A DNA stretch of 59,988 bases, filler included, from Sanchytrium tribonematis (Eukaryota), in the NCBI GenBank assembly GCA_018985235.1. It is 6 parts of 6 records of this genome, joined end to end, with 100 filler letters (N's around TTAATTAATTAA, not from the genome) between each part and the next. Parts side by side here need not be neighbours in the genome. Positions count along the whole stretch, not along the records: positions 1 to 29,507 come from JADGIG010000054.1; 5 more parts are not named here. One strand, written 5' to 3'. Below, one piece after another: positions 1 to 11,389 of this stretch. The notes beneath the pieces were generated by a model. That model worked only from the letters and a program-made list of their open reading frames with translations. It did no database searches and was not told the DNA's origin. Each line of letters opens with the position of its first letter. Within the stretch, counting starts at the first letter, position 1. A program made the translations under genes and the position numbers.

Positions 1-21
1 CTGAGCAAATATGCAGATTTT

Positions 22-1693
22 ATGGAATCTTTAAGTCTTCAACTTGAATCTAATTTATATTCGCAGATCAATCAAAAGGTCAAAATTTTAATTAATGGTG
101 AGGGCCAAGCACATGTTTTGAATGCACAAAATCAAAATTTAAAGACCAAATTGCAATATTATCAGTCTTTAAGCAGAAAAATTGCATCAAAAAAAATTCA
201 TTTTTTCAAGCGCGAAAGTATTCAAGAAATTTCTAATACTAAAAGCATTCAAGAGTCTCTTTATACATTAAAAAAATTTCTTAGAAGAATGCAACAGAAA
301 AAAAGACATTCCAAACATATTGAAAGCATCTTATCAGAAAAAAATCGCTTTATTGAAATAGAAAGAAATATAATTATAGTTGGCCGAATTGATCATGCAC
401 AATCTGTCACATATAGCCATTTAAAATGCATAAAGTCGAGAATGCTGGAATTAGAGATTGAGCAAAAGAAGAATTTAAAAAAGGTATCAACGTCCCTAAT
501 AACAATTGAAAAATTGAATAATAACAAATTTATATTGGAGAAGGTTATCAAGTTTTATCAAAATACTGCATTGAACAACTCGTCCATAGAATCTCTTAAT
601 GGCAACCTTTTAAATTTGCTCAATTTTCAAAGCTTATTAAGAAATCTAGATACTTCTTACCGTTATATGGACAGGATTCATTACAATCATAAAGATGTAC
701 CATCTATTTCGACGCAGAAATTTCAATCCGCAATGCAAAAATCCTGCCTGCGGTTTGAAAATTTGGAAAAGAAGTCAGATTTATACTTAAATACTTTAAA
801 TTCTTTACAAAAGCAAAAAAATGATATGGGCTATGAAATAATGCTAAATGAGGGAAAAGCTCGAGAAGCACAGCTCAAGCTATCTGAAATCAAAGAATAT
901 TTGGTAAAACTCCCATCAATGGGTACAAGCAGGCAAAAAATCGAACTTCGGGGCTGGGAACATATAAAAAGTTTAATTGAAAATAGTACCAAATCAAGCG
1001 TGCCCATTATAGCAAAACTTTCTTGCAAAACAGCACTTGAAATTGATACTGAAAGAATTAAATCATTGCTGCACGCAATTGAAAGCCAAAAATGCAGACA
1101 TGACATAGATTCAATTAAATCTGCATTAACTGTTATCAAATCCGATTATTTAAAAAACAAGAAGCAATTTAAAGCTAATAGAAAACTGATGAGTAACTTA
1201 GAAAATCAACTACGAGATGCGAAATTGCAAATCGAGACTTTGGAATCGAAGAAAGTAAATTTTGAGAAAGTCTCAAATGAGGACAAAGATCGCCAGATTC
1301 GAGAGCTACAAGACCAATTGAATGTCACTCAAAAAGACCTGAAAAAATCCAAGAACAGTGTTAAATATTTAACAGAAAAGTGGAAAAATGTTTTAGACGC
1401 AGAGAACAAAAACCCTAAAGAAATCGGGAAATCGAAAGCGGAACTCGAAGCTACAAAGCTGAGGCAATCCCTCAAAGAAGCTCAGTCTCGAATTATCGAA
1501 CTCGACGCAGATTTAAAAAGGACAGTTCATGAAAGAAATAGCATAGGCGAGATGTTTAAGGAATTGGTACCTTAGATTTATTTAGAAGAAAAAAACAGTA
1601 GATGCTCAGATGTACTATATTCAAAAACAAGAACAAAATATTGACCCAAATCAAACAATTAATGAGATCAATGAAAACTGCAAAGTTCAATAA
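22..1693 (+). CDS. Long coiled-coil protein, function unknown (2 exons: 22-1566, 1586-1693; may be 5'-partial)
   Basis: K/E/Q/L-rich ORF; removing 19-nt intron 1567-1585 extends frame by KKKTVDAQ...CKVQ* to 1693. Confidence 0.65.
1567..1585 (+). other. 19-nt spliceosomal intron
   Basis: GTACCTTAGATTTATTTAG; removes in-frame TAG and restores an open frame. Confidence 0.75.
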
Positions 1694-2064
1694 AGTGACA
1701 ATTCTTTTTTACTTGTAATTAGTGCCAGATAATCATCCCATTCGTTACCAGCTACAACCAGATTTTTAAGTTCGATGAGGTTTCCAGCGATGGCAAATAG
1801 ATTTAAACTCTCGCCACTTCTAAAGGAAATTTCACCTAATTTGTCTGACGATTTAACCGGAAACTTCTTCGATTTTAATTTGAATGCTTTTTCAATGGAA
1901 GGATCTATTTTGAAAGTATTGCATAGATTTGAATCTAAAAATAACGCACAAACTTGATTTGGAAAAGCATATACATGTATTGGTCCCTGGCCATACTCAA
2001 CGAGATTTCCAGTCTTATTAATGGAAAACCGGTTGCAGTAATTTTTAACAAAAGGATTTCTCAT
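1687..2064 (-). CDS. Hypothetical protein (125 aa)
   Basis: ATG preceded by AGGAG motif; fills slot between genes. Confidence 0.55.
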   Translation of the reverse strand: MRNPFVKNYCNRFSINKTGNLVEYGQGPIHVYAFPNQVCALFLDSNLCNTFKIDPSIEKAFKLKSKKFPVKSSDKLGEISFRSGESLNLFAIAGNLIELKNLVVAGNEWDDYLALITSKKELSLY

Positions 2065-2201
2065 TTCTCCTGAATCCCCCGATCTTGAAAGTGTAAATCA
2101 CCCGAATAAAGAAATTCTAATTCAATAGGCAATTGCTCCTATGACGACTTTGCATTACCGAGTTTATATTAAGAATCTGCATGATTTCATCCCTTGTAAC
2201 A

Positions 2202-2432
2202 ATGCTTATCAAGGAATTGAGATTTTTATTTAATCCTACCCACTCTCATGTTATAGATTATTTGAAGAAAGAATTGCCAAACTTAAAGAAGGAAAAATTT
2301 AGCGTTATTGCACGAGAAGGCCTAAAATGCGAGGCGAGATTAATCGCAAGGTACGAGAAAGGAATAGAAAGGGAATTCAAATTGTCTGAAAATGTTAGCG
2401 GGATTGTTGCACAAGCATTGAATAAAAACTGA
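2202..2432 (+). CDS. Small hypothetical protein
   Basis: ORF (alternative ATG 2181); ATG 2202 preceded by TCCCTTG motif. Confidence 0.45.
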   Translation: MLIKELRFLFNPTHSHVIDYLKKELPNLKKEKFSVIAREGLKCEARLIARYEKGIEREFKLSENVSGIVAQALNKN

Positions 2433-2437
2433 GTTTA

Positions 2438-2644
2438 TTATCCTACAATAATGTTGTTGATTGGAATATGAATCAGCTTAACAACGTATCCAATTAACCC
2501 CATAACCACGAAACCGATTCCTACGGCTTGTGAGATTTTGATAAATTCTCTTCTATTTGGTTTTTTGCATCTAATAAGTAGATTCTTGGAGTCTTGGTAG
2601 AATTCCGTAGGCATTTGCAAAAATTCATTAAGAGTATCCGACAT
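2438..2644 (-). CDS. SSS1: Sec61 translocon gamma subunit
   Basis: RCKKPNRREFIKISQAVGIGFVVMGLIGYVVKLIHIPINNIIVG. Confidence 0.97.
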   Translation of the reverse strand: MSDTLNEFLQMPTEFYQDSKNLLIRCKKPNRREFIKISQAVGIGFVVMGLIGYVVKLIHIPINNIIVG

Positions 2645-2687
2645 CCTTTGTTTCAAAAATTAACATCAATAATTTTAGAAACTGAAT

Positions 2688-4278
2688 ATGTTTCTTTACC
2701 TGCAAAATTTGGTCAACAGAATCTTTTTTTATTTATTTGCAATAGACAATCAATCAATGTATGAAAAACTGAAAGAAAGAGCCACAAATGCCACACAATA
2801 TAGAAATCTTGCAGTTTTGCAGTCCCAAAAATTTGCCCAGTGGAAAAAAATAGATGAATCACCAGACTATGATTACTCTTTAATACTTGACAGACACAAC
2901 AGCCTCTATACGGCTCGAAAGAATGGAAATTTATCAGACATAATGTTTCTGTTGCGAACTAGTTTAAATAGACATATCGGAAACATCCACAATCCATTAC
3001 TATATTCAGAATGCTATGGAACCAAGGATTTGATCAATTCATACATTGAGGAGGTAGCAACCTGTCTAGACTATATTGTAAATTCAAATTTGCCTCACAA
3101 CGTGAAGCAAGAATTTATAACAAATTGCCGCACGAGTTATGGAAGAACAGCTCTTCTACTGAGTGGAGGTGGCGCCCTTTCGCTCCATCATGTAGGAGTA
3201 ATCAAATCATTACACGAACACCATTGCTTATCAAGAATCATATCAGGGTCATCAGGTGGTTCGATCATTGCTGCTTATATTTGTATTCACAATGAAGAAG
3301 AATTTCAGGAGCTTTTGAGACCTGGGAAAATTGACTTGAATGTATTTGAAGAGAAGAATACCCCATTATATACAAAGTTGACGAGATTATTGGCAACGGG
3401 ATTTTTTTACGAAGCTTCTGAATTTGTGAGCACTTTACGGCGAAATTATGGCGAGGTAACTTTTCTTGAGGCTTATAACAAGACTCGCAGAATTTTGAAT
3501 ATTACTGTATCATCGAATACTAAATACGAAATGCCTTCGGTATTAAATTTTGCAACAGCTCCAAATGTTTTGATTTGGAGTGCTGTGGCTTGCAGTTGTG
3601 CTGTTCCAGGAATATTTACGTCTTTTTCTCTGATGAGCAAAGACAAAAACGGAAACACAGAACTTTGGACAAACTCTGATCACACTTTTATAGATGGGTC
3701 TGTGGACAATGATTTACCAATGCAAAGGATTTCTGAAATGTTCAATGTTAATCAATTTATTGTGGCTCAGGTGAATCCTCATGTTGTTCCATTTCTTTCG
3801 AAATCTATTGTTAAAACCAGATTCAGAACAATGTGTGAAGGCATAATGGGTCTAATATTTGAGGAAATCAAGCTCAGAGTCCGGCAGATGCAAGAACTAA
3901 CACCGCTGCCCTCTCTTATTCGAAAAATATTCTCAATATCTGATCAAACGTACACTGGTGATATCACTCTCTGTCCAAATATACCCTTTGTGGACTATTT
4001 AAAAATGCTTACTAATCCCTCGGCAGAGTAATTTTGACTTATTTAGTTTTTTGTTAAATTGCGTATTGAGAGGAGAGGAGAGTACATGGGCCCAAATACC
4101 TTACATACAAAATTTGCTCAAAATTGAGATTAAATTAGATGAGTTGCTACAGGAGTTGAGACAGCAAGTCTTCACAACACCGAAAGAAATACCCTCTAGT
4201 TTGAGTTCTTTAAGAACAACTAGGCAGATTAGTTATTCAAATCCAAACTTATCAGTATTCACTACTACAAAATCTTAA
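2688..4278 (+). CDS. Patatin-domain triacylglycerol lipase, Tgl3/4/5 family (2 exons: 2688-4027, 4047-4278)
   Basis: YGRTALLLSGGG, GSSGG, IDGS motifs; 19-nt intron joins the two ORFs in frame. Confidence 0.93.
4028..4046 (+). other. 19-nt spliceosomal intron
   Basis: GTAATTTTGACTTATTTAG; GA|T joins in frame with ORF 4051-4278. Confidence 0.9.
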
Positions 4279-4287
4279 AAAATAAAT

Positions 4288-5223
4288 TTATTCTACGGTC
4301 AATTTTTTTACCTTAGGTCCATAGATATTGCGGTATTTTAAAAAAATACGTTCAATCTCAGCAGAGTACAAATTTTGAATATTTTGGATGTCTTCCTCAG
4401 TGGGATTTTGATTTTGTGCAACTGGAATTGCCTTCCCAACAATTGTAATTAGTGGTTCCCTGTGGGGAATTATACTCCAAACATATTTTTTGAATCGCAA
4501 ACCATGGAATATAGGAATAACAAATCCGAAAGCATTCTTAATAATGCTTTGAAATTTCTCTAATGAAGGAGATTGAATGTATGTGTATATAGAATTCTCC
4601 CCAAAAGAAAAAACGGGGACTACTGGTACGCCATATTTAAATGCAAGCTTGAAAAAACCTTTTCTTTTTTTAACAATTATTCGATAATGCTCGGGATCGA
4701 CGTAATAAACTTCCTGAGCGCCCCCGATGACAATAAGCAAGCTTTTGCCTTGTTTAAGAACGTTTTCACAGCTTTTTTTCGCGCATGATTGATATCCACA
4801 GGCCATAAATAAATCTCTCACGAATGGTACGTAAAAATTAAAGTTCAAAGTAACAGGAACAATGTTTTTGATATATCGAGATATTTGATTACTTTCCGTC
4901 CCAAAATTTATATGAGTAGATGTGGCAATAATTCCATGGGGGCTAGATCCTAAAAGTAATTGTTTGTGGTTTTTAAGGCTGCTGTAATCATCGAACACCA
5001 GCTGACACGGAAAATAATCTCTAAAGTGACTCCATAGTGATAGTTTTCTAAAAAACATAAGCCTTCTTCCATTTTTAAATGCGGCTTTGTCTTGAACCAT
5101 CCATGATATATAGAATATTCCCAAGTATGGGAAATGGTATATAAATATGAAAAATATTGCTAGAGGTACGACTAAAGTGCCCGAATAAGTAATCGCAGCA
5201 AGAAGTGAATAATAGTAACCCAT
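4288..5223 (-). CDS. DGA1: Diacylglycerol acyltransferase, DGAT2/MOGAT family
   Basis: FRDYFP, SPHG (HPHG equivalent), GGAQE, KRKGFFKLA, VPVFSFGEN. Confidence 0.9.
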   Translation of the reverse strand: MGYYYSLLAAITYSGTLVVPLAIFFIFIYHFPYLGIFYISWMVQDKAAFKNGRRLMFFRKLSLWSHFRDYFPCQLVFDDYSSLKNHKQLLLGSSPHGIIATSTHINFGTESNQISRYIKNIVPVTLNFNFYVPFVRDLFMACGYQSCAKKSCENVLKQGKSLLIVIGGAQEVYYVDPEHYRIIVKKRKGFFKLAFKYGVPVVPVFSFGENSIYTYIQSPSLEKFQSIIKNAFGFVIPIFHGLRFKKYVWSIIPHREPLITIVGKAIPVAQNQNPTEEDIQNIQNLYSAEIERIFLKYRNIYGPKVKKLTVE

Positions 5224-5397
5224 ATTTTAGTGTTACGGTTTTATCCTCTTGGCGATAAAACTTTTGATAAGAGGCGTCGAAAATGTTTTCGACGTTATCT
5301 TTATTTTTCAAAGATTTTTAATTGTTTGTGAATTTAAAAGAATTTTGAGAAATCTAACGGATTTGAAAGTCAAATTCAAATATTTTATTACAAGGAG

Positions 5398-7068
5398 ATG
5401 CAATTTGAAGACATCGGCAACTTCAAAAAAGATGCCATGCACAGAGAAATATTGACTCTTAGAGATGAAATTAGAATTCTCTCTGATAGTCGGTCTTTGA
5501 GCGATGTGGAAAAGGAAAACATTAGTTTACATAAAAGAGTTAGACAATTGCAAAGCACTTATTATCAGAAAATTTACGGTCTCGAAGAAAAAAAACTGGA
5601 GGCCCCTTTGGAGGAAAGCAAACAGTCAAGTGAACCAGTCGAAAATAGCCAGAACAAAACTGGAACTTTTGACGTGGATGTTGTGAAACTGAAGGCCGAC
5701 CTGGCATATTACATGAAGTTGTGGGAGTCAACAAAAGAATCATACGTAATTACGTATGCTCAGCATACTGAATTTTCTTTCAAGAAAGAATATGAAGAAT
5801 TAAGTTTAAAGTTTGAGACTTTACAAAAACTATATGATGAAAAGCCAAAAGTTGAGCCAAAGGTGCTGCCTTATGACTTTAAGGAAAAAGAATTGATTGC
5901 TCTAAACGAGGGTCTTGCAAGAATCCGGAACACTAGAGATGCGTATAAGAAACAAATTGATGAACTAAAAGCTAATTACGCTGCGACCACTAGCCAATTA
6001 GATGACGCGAAAAACTTGATTAATGATTTAAAAGATAAACACAATCAGCTCCAGTCCCAATTTATTACGTCCCAGATGATTTTGAATAAGGATGATGAGA
6101 AGAAATTTGCGTATTGGTCACAAAGGAAGGAGAATGCTAATATTGATGTGATGGATGTGGATAATACAAATTTTCAATCTATTCAATGCGTACATGAACT
6201 CTGGCTGAAGGAATTGCAAGATATCAATATACCATCAAATGAAATTGCGCACAATGTCGAAGAATTACTTCGGAAATATGCATCACTTGCAAAGATACAT
6301 GAAAGGATGTCAGAAGATTATCACACAATGCAAAAAGGACATAACAATTTGGAATCAGCAACTTCGCAAATGTATGATCAGTTTGTCAAGGCCCAAACTC
6401 AGAATTCTGAGTTGACTCAAAAGTATCGTAAATTGCAAGGAAAACTTGAACAGGTGCAAAAGCAAAAGGATAACATAAAAAATGCGCAGATTGCAAGCGA
6501 TGCTAAGCATAAAGAATTGTCGATGATAAACAAATTGTTAAATGAAAAAGTTGCTCTTCTGGAAAGTAATATTCTAGAGCTAAAAAGCACCATTAATGAA
6601 TTAAGCAGAAACTATAGATCAAACGAGTCGTTTGATAAGTATATTTTTGACAAATTAAAGATAGAAAAAGAGGAACTTGATATGAAGTTGATCACTAACT
6701 TGACCAATCTTGATGGAGCGAAACGAGATTATCTAAAGGCTTTGAGCACTATAAAAAAACTTGAATCCAGTCTCAAAGCCGAAAAAGATAGATACAAAAT
6801 CATAAAATCCAACATTGAAGAAAGTGGCGGTAACTTTGACTACTTTCAAAATGTACAAGGGAAAGAGGCTCTTGAGACTTTGGAATATTACGAGAAACTT
6901 CTCAAGTGTACCGCTTGCCATATAAATTTTAAAAGTCACATAATGACGAAATGTTATCATATGTTTTGTGAGGAATGCATTCAACAGCGGATTGACACTC
7001 GGCAAAGAAAATGTCCTCAGTGTACAGATAGTTTTGGTATTAACGATTATCTACCAATTTATTTTTAA
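5398..7068 (+). CDS. BRE1: Bre1-like RING E3 ubiquitin ligase
   Basis: Coiled coil followed by C-terminal RING LKCTAC...KCYHMFCEECIQQRIDTRQRKCPQC...FGINDYLPIYF. Confidence 0.88.
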   Translation: MQFEDIGNFKKDAMHREILTLRDEIRILSDSRSLSDVEKENISLHKRVRQLQSTYYQKIYGLEEKKLEAPLEESKQSSEPVENSQNKTGTFDVDVVKLKADLAYYMKLWESTKESYVITYAQHTEFSFKKEYEELSLKFETLQKLYDEKPKVEPKVLPYDFKEKELIALNEGLARIRNTRDAYKKQIDELKANYAATTSQLDDAKNLINDLKDKHNQLQSQFITSQMILNKDDEKKFAYWSQRKENANIDVMDVDNTNFQSIQCVHELWLKELQDINIPSNEIAHNVEELLRKYASLAKIHERMSEDYHTMQKGHNNLESATSQMYDQFVKAQTQNSELTQKYRKLQGKLEQVQKQKDNIKNAQIASDAKHKELSMINKLLNEKVALLESNILELKSTINELSRNYRSNESFDKYIFDKLKIEKEELDMKLITNLTNLDGAKRDYLKALSTIKKLESSLKAEKDRYKIIKSNIEESGGNFDYFQNVQGKEALETLEYYEKLLKCTACHINFKSHIMTKCYHMFCEECIQQRIDTRQRKCPQCTDSFGINDYLPIYF

Positions 7069-7101
7069 TTTTGTTTCATATGTTTCTATAATAAATCGGC
7101 C

Positions 7102-9618
7102 ATGAATATTAAATTCCATTTGCCCAGTGAATCCAGACAGTTGCTAGATCCATTTTTATTAAAAATGCATAGGCACATGTTATTTAATAGTCAAGATACA
7201 CCCTTTTCGAGGGAATTGATTTCAGAAAGGACCAGATTCCTAAATTTGAATGCGAATTGTAACAATCAACACTACACTACTGAGCTACTCCAGAAAATTG
7301 TTGGTAACCAGAGTGAAACTAGTGCTGAGTATGGAATAAATGCTCTTTGGAGCCCAGATGAGATTTTGGATGCGAATTTTGATTTTTTTATAGAAATAAT
7401 TTTGGAAATCAATAATTTAAGTAAAGCAGAATCAGTCAGAAATCTTGAGCCAAAACAAGATTTGAATTTAATTCTTCTGCAACATTTCAGTATTAGCGAC
7501 ATTGATACTATAGGCATTCTGGATTGCAAACTTTTGTACAAAAAACTAAAAGACAAGCTAAAATCTCAAGGAAATAAAAGCAGCTCCTTAGAGACATTCA
7601 TAAATTACCATAGAGAGAGTAAGGAAAATGAGCAAACTCATATATACCGTATGGTAAAAAGCCTATATTGTCTCTCAGAATGTCATCGAGAACAGGAAAA
7701 TGTCGAGCCTTTTTCGATCAAATCGACAATAAGCAATCTCCTATATGGGCACATGGATCTGGAAGCGGTAGTTGATAGTATATCAGTGTTCGATAGATCT
7801 TTCGCTCAACAATTAAATTTAAAAAAGATAGTTTCAAGCCTTGTCATTCAAGGGTTTAATATTTTAGAAGAAATCCACAAGATAGATCACCAAATTCAAA
7901 GATGTTTAACTTTAGGAAAAGTAGTTCTGCCAAGTAGTGGTATTTTTGAAATATGCGCTAATTGTTGGATTAGAAGCATCAACTGTGGAACATCGACCGC
8001 TGAGTTGATGGAAGAAACTTCAATTATGTCTTATCAACTTTCTCTATTGGATTTATTGAACAAGCTGCTTGAGAGGGTCGATTGGAAAGAATCAACGCTT
8101 ATTCAAAATGTTGAATTTGTCAACAATTTTATTGAAATTTTGGCGAATATTAGAAAACCTATATTTTTCCAATTTTGTCAGAATTTCACGGAAGAAATAG
8201 AAACCAAGCTTTGTGGAATGAACGCCGGGAAAGTTAAATTATCCCAGGTTGGAATTTTTCTAGCTACAATGACACGCCTTAAAACTTGTCACATTCCCAT
8301 CCTTAAAACTTTATTCTCCATTAATGTTTTTCCATTTATTTGGCCAAATGCAGCAAAATTACTGATCAAAGCCACCAGAAAATTAGAAAGCATTGCTTCC
8401 AAGCAGCTGATGGATTATCTCAGTGATTTTTTCGAGGGTCAAAACTATTTTAATTTGGAAAAGCACCTCACATTGGTCAAATTTGAACCTTACAAAAACA
8501 AAATCTTTGAACTTTTTAATATCAGCAATTTGTCTCTTGAAATTATAAATTCTCAAGAAACCAAAGTTCTCTTCATGGAAGCGATTGCGATAAGTAGCGA
8601 CAACAATCTGGGACCGATTTTGAAAAACGAAGGCAGCATATTAAAAAAAATGAGTGGCGACATTCGAAATTATCTATCAAACAATAATTTGCAACAGCTT
8701 GTGTGCTACATATTAGACTTTATATATTTAGTCAAAAATTTAAGTAGGTCTGAAAATTCATTAGCAAATAACAAACAAAACTTTTGCTACTTGCTAAATC
8801 CAGCAATATTTTTTTTCCCAAGTGGTGGTGAATGCAGCAAGAAAATAGAAACAATATTAAATAACGTTGCCTCAATATTCAATTTGATTTCTGTAGAGTC
8901 CAGCAATCCCATTGACTTCTGGAGAAAAATCAATCATCAACTGTTTTTTGTGGCCAGCTACTATCAGATTTTAGACCTGATTCAACGGAAATTGATATTT
9001 GGAAATCAGTATTCGACCCAAACTTTAGTCAATGTACATGAATTGCTTGGGAAAGGATTTGGAAAATCAAAAGGAGGAAATGCTTTTTCTTTATACAAAG
9101 AGCGGTTTTTAAATTCGGTATTATACTACAACCAATTGTCCGTCACAAGTTATCACAAGTTTCATTCAGAGTTTTGTTTAAAATTGTTGGAGAATAATGT
9201 GGAGTCCCTCGAAAATACGGAACAAATTTTTGAGAAATCTCAGAAGCAGGACGATCTGGAGGTAGTTGAAAGATTGACTTTAGAACTGAATGAATGCAAA
9301 TCGAGACTTGAGGAATTAAAACTCTCAACGAAATTAAAATTGACTTCAGAATTAAAAAATTGCTATGTCAATTCGTTTGAGGAGTTCGAGAACATACACA
9401 CAATGTGTAAAACCGTTTCCGAAGACCATATCGAGGATGTAAGACAACAAGATTTTCTTCAAATTATTATGAAGTTGAAGTCACTTCATACATTGAAGCT
9501 TTTTAAACTTAAAAACCAAAATTTGAAGTCAGCAGCCCAAAATAGAGAGTACATTGCGTATTTAAAATCACTTTTGTCTATTAAGAAGTCCGAAAATCGC
9601 GTTAATAAATTGATCTGA
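7102..9618 (+). CDS. Hypothetical helical protein (838 aa)
   Basis: Long uninterrupted ORF; no motif recognised. Confidence 0.6.
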   Translation: MNIKFHLPSESRQLLDPFLLKMHRHMLFNSQDTPFSRELISERTRFLNLNANCNNQHYTTELLQKIVGNQSETSAEYGINALWSPDEILDANFDFFIEIILEINNLSKAESVRNLEPKQDLNLILLQHFSISDIDTIGILDCKLLYKKLKDKLKSQGNKSSSLETFINYHRESKENEQTHIYRMVKSLYCLSECHREQENVEPFSIKSTISNLLYGHMDLEAVVDSISVFDRSFAQQLNLKKIVSSLVIQGFNILEEIHKIDHQIQRCLTLGKVVLPSSGIFEICANCWIRSINCGTSTAELMEETSIMSYQLSLLDLLNKLLERVDWKESTLIQNVEFVNNFIEILANIRKPIFFQFCQNFTEEIETKLCGMNAGKVKLSQVGIFLATMTRLKTCHIPILKTLFSINVFPFIWPNAAKLLIKATRKLESIASKQLMDYLSDFFEGQNYFNLEKHLTLVKFEPYKNKIFELFNISNLSLEIINSQETKVLFMEAIAISSDNNLGPILKNEGSILKKMSGDIRNYLSNNNLQQLVCYILDFIYLVKNLSRSENSLANNKQNFCYLLNPAIFFFPSGGECSKKIETILNNVASIFNLISVESSNPIDFWRKINHQLFFVASYYQILDLIQRKLIFGNQYSTQTLVNVHELLGKGFGKSKGGNAFSLYKERFLNSVLYYNQLSVTSYHKFHSEFCLKLLENNVESLENTEQIFEKSQKQDDLEVVERLTLELNECKSRLEELKLSTKLKLTSELKNCYVNSFEEFENIHTMCKTVSEDHIEDVRQQDFLQIIMKLKSLHTLKLFKLKNQNLKSAAQNREYIAYLKSLLSIKKSENRVNKLI

Positions 9619-9642
9619 ATTTTAAAATGGCATAAATAATCG

Positions 9643-9996
9643 ATGGGCCTTGCTCGATCTTCTAACTTGAATTCAAAGAATAAGGAGATAGCTACAAAGA
9701 AAAACCCAACAGTGGAATATGATAATGCCATTCCGTGGTGGAAAAAATCATTTTTTAAAGGCAAACATTCGAAACCTGCTAAAGTAATACCTGAGCCAAA
9801 CATTTTAGCAAACAATGCGTATTCTAATTCAGACACTGAAATATATGATGCGGCCATGCAGTGTCTTTGTTTTCGATGCGAAAAATGTCTGAAAGTTTTA
9901 AATGCGAATTTAATTATCAAAGATTTAAAATCAAATCCTGCAACTACTGAGGAAATTGAATTTGTCACGATGTATACGTACCAGCTTCTAAAATAA
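9643..9996 (+). CDS. Hypothetical protein (117 aa)
   Basis: ATG-initiated ORF filling the gap; CLCFRCEKC cluster; TAAATAAA at stop. Confidence 0.5.
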   Translation: MGLARSSNLNSKNKEIATKKNPTVEYDNAIPWWKKSFFKGKHSKPAKVIPEPNILANNAYSNSDTEIYDAAMQCLCFRCEKCLKVLNANLIIKDLKSNPATTEEIEFVTMYTYQLLK

Positions 9997-10024
9997 ATTT
10001 ACTTTACGGGATCAAACAGGAGAA

Positions 10025-10798
10025 ATGGCTACTAGAACTTCTTTCGAAAATTCCGACGACGTAGGTGTTTTTGCGAAACTTACAAATTCTTACTGCTTGG
10101 TTGCAATCGGTGGAAGTGAACATTTCTATTCTACTTTTGAAAGTGAGCTTGCGGATGTGATTCCTGTGATTCATTGTACAATTGCTGGAACCAGAATCAT
10201 CGGCAGACTTGTCGTAGGTAATAAACACGGTCTTCTCGTACCTAACACGACTACAGATCAAGAACTGCAACACCTGAGAAATTCGCTACCAGATTCCATC
10301 AAAATACAACGAGTTGAGGAGCGACTTAGCGCTTTAGGAAATATTATTGCTTGTAACGATTACTGTGCAATTGTTCATCCTGAAATAGAAAGAGAAACAG
10401 AAGAAATTATCAGAGATGTACTGAATGTTGAGGTTTTCAGACATACAGTTGCTGAAAATGCGCTAGTTGGAAGTTATTGTGTTTTGTCTAATCAGGGTGG
10501 AGTGGTACATCCACAAACAACACGCCAGGATATACAGGAGCTTGCTATGCTACTGCAAGTTCCGTTGGTAGCAGGTACCATAAATCGTGGTAGTGATCAC
10601 CTTAGCGCTGGACTTGTAGTCAATGATTGGTGTGCATTTACTGGCAATGCATCCACTGCAACTGAGCTCAGTGTTGTGGAATCTATTTTTAAACTTCACG
10701 AGTTACAAGCGCCAATACATAATATAGAACAAAGCAATGCCACTGTACAATCTAAGCTGCACGAGTTATCAAATCCAATAGTTGATCAAAAATTGTAA
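10025..10798 (+). CDS. TIF6: Translation initiation factor eIF6
   Basis: [39 protein letters not shown]; highly conserved. Confidence 0.98.
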   Translation: MATRTSFENSDDVGVFAKLTNSYCLVAIGGSEHFYSTFESELADVIPVIHCTIAGTRIIGRLVVGNKHGLLVPNTTTDQELQHLRNSLPDSIKIQRVEERLSALGNIIACNDYCAIVHPEIERETEEIIRDVLNVEVFRHTVAENALVGSYCVLSNQGGVVHPQTTRQDIQELAMLLQVPLVAGTINRGSDHLSAGLVVNDWCAFTGNASTATELSVVESIFKLHELQAPIHNIEQSNATVQSKLHELSNPIVDQKL

Positions 10799-10808
10799 TG
10801 GTAATTTA

Positions 10809-11180
10809 TTAAATCGCATCAATATCGAATTCTACCTCATCTTCTTTTTCTTCCTGACCTTCTAGATCTTGAGGAATTTCACCACGTTTTGCAAGGATTC
10901 GTGCTTCTTCGGGGGTGTATTTACTCAAAACATCACATTTACCCTCTTCAAAATCTCTCAAACTAACCAGTATTAAATCGCCCGGATGAATCCAAACTCT
11001 TTTACGCAATTTACCTCTGATTAGACCAAGTCTCACAACACCATCAAGACAATTGGCTTCCAGTCTACCATTTCCAAGCATTTTAGTGACAGTAGCATAT
11101 TCTGTACCTTCTCCTTTGAGTTCTATATCTTTCTTTGAGTTTTCAAGATCGTGTTTCTGTCTAGTCTGTTTCTTCGGCAT
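10809..11180 (-). CDS. TIF11: Translation initiation factor eIF1A
   Basis: EYATVTKMLGNGRLEANCLDGVVRLGLIRGKLRKRVWI; acidic tail DIDAI. Confidence 0.96.
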   Translation of the reverse strand: MPKKQTRQKHDLENSKKDIELKGEGTEYATVTKMLGNGRLEANCLDGVVRLGLIRGKLRKRVWIHPGDLILVSLRDFEEGKCDVLSKYTPEEARILAKRGEIPQDLEGQEEKEDEVEFDIDAI

Positions 11181-11389
11181 TATTATTTCAAGGAGTTTTT
11201 GAATGATCCCTTGACGATTTTCTCAACCAGGGAATGCAAAATATATATTTTAACAAGCTTGATCACCGGCCAAAAGCATTTGCAAAATTAAATTTAATTA
11301 ATGGGCAGCTCCTATCTGTTTATCATCAAACGCTAAGCATTTTAGAGAATTAGATAAAACGGAACCTTTGACTAAACGTGAAACTAGAA

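Noticed and set aside
5390..5400. AGGAG as a prokaryotic Shine-Dalgarno sequence, implying bacterial origin
   Set aside because: The genes are eukaryote-specific and contain introns; the motif occurs in both orientations, with spacing down to 0 nt
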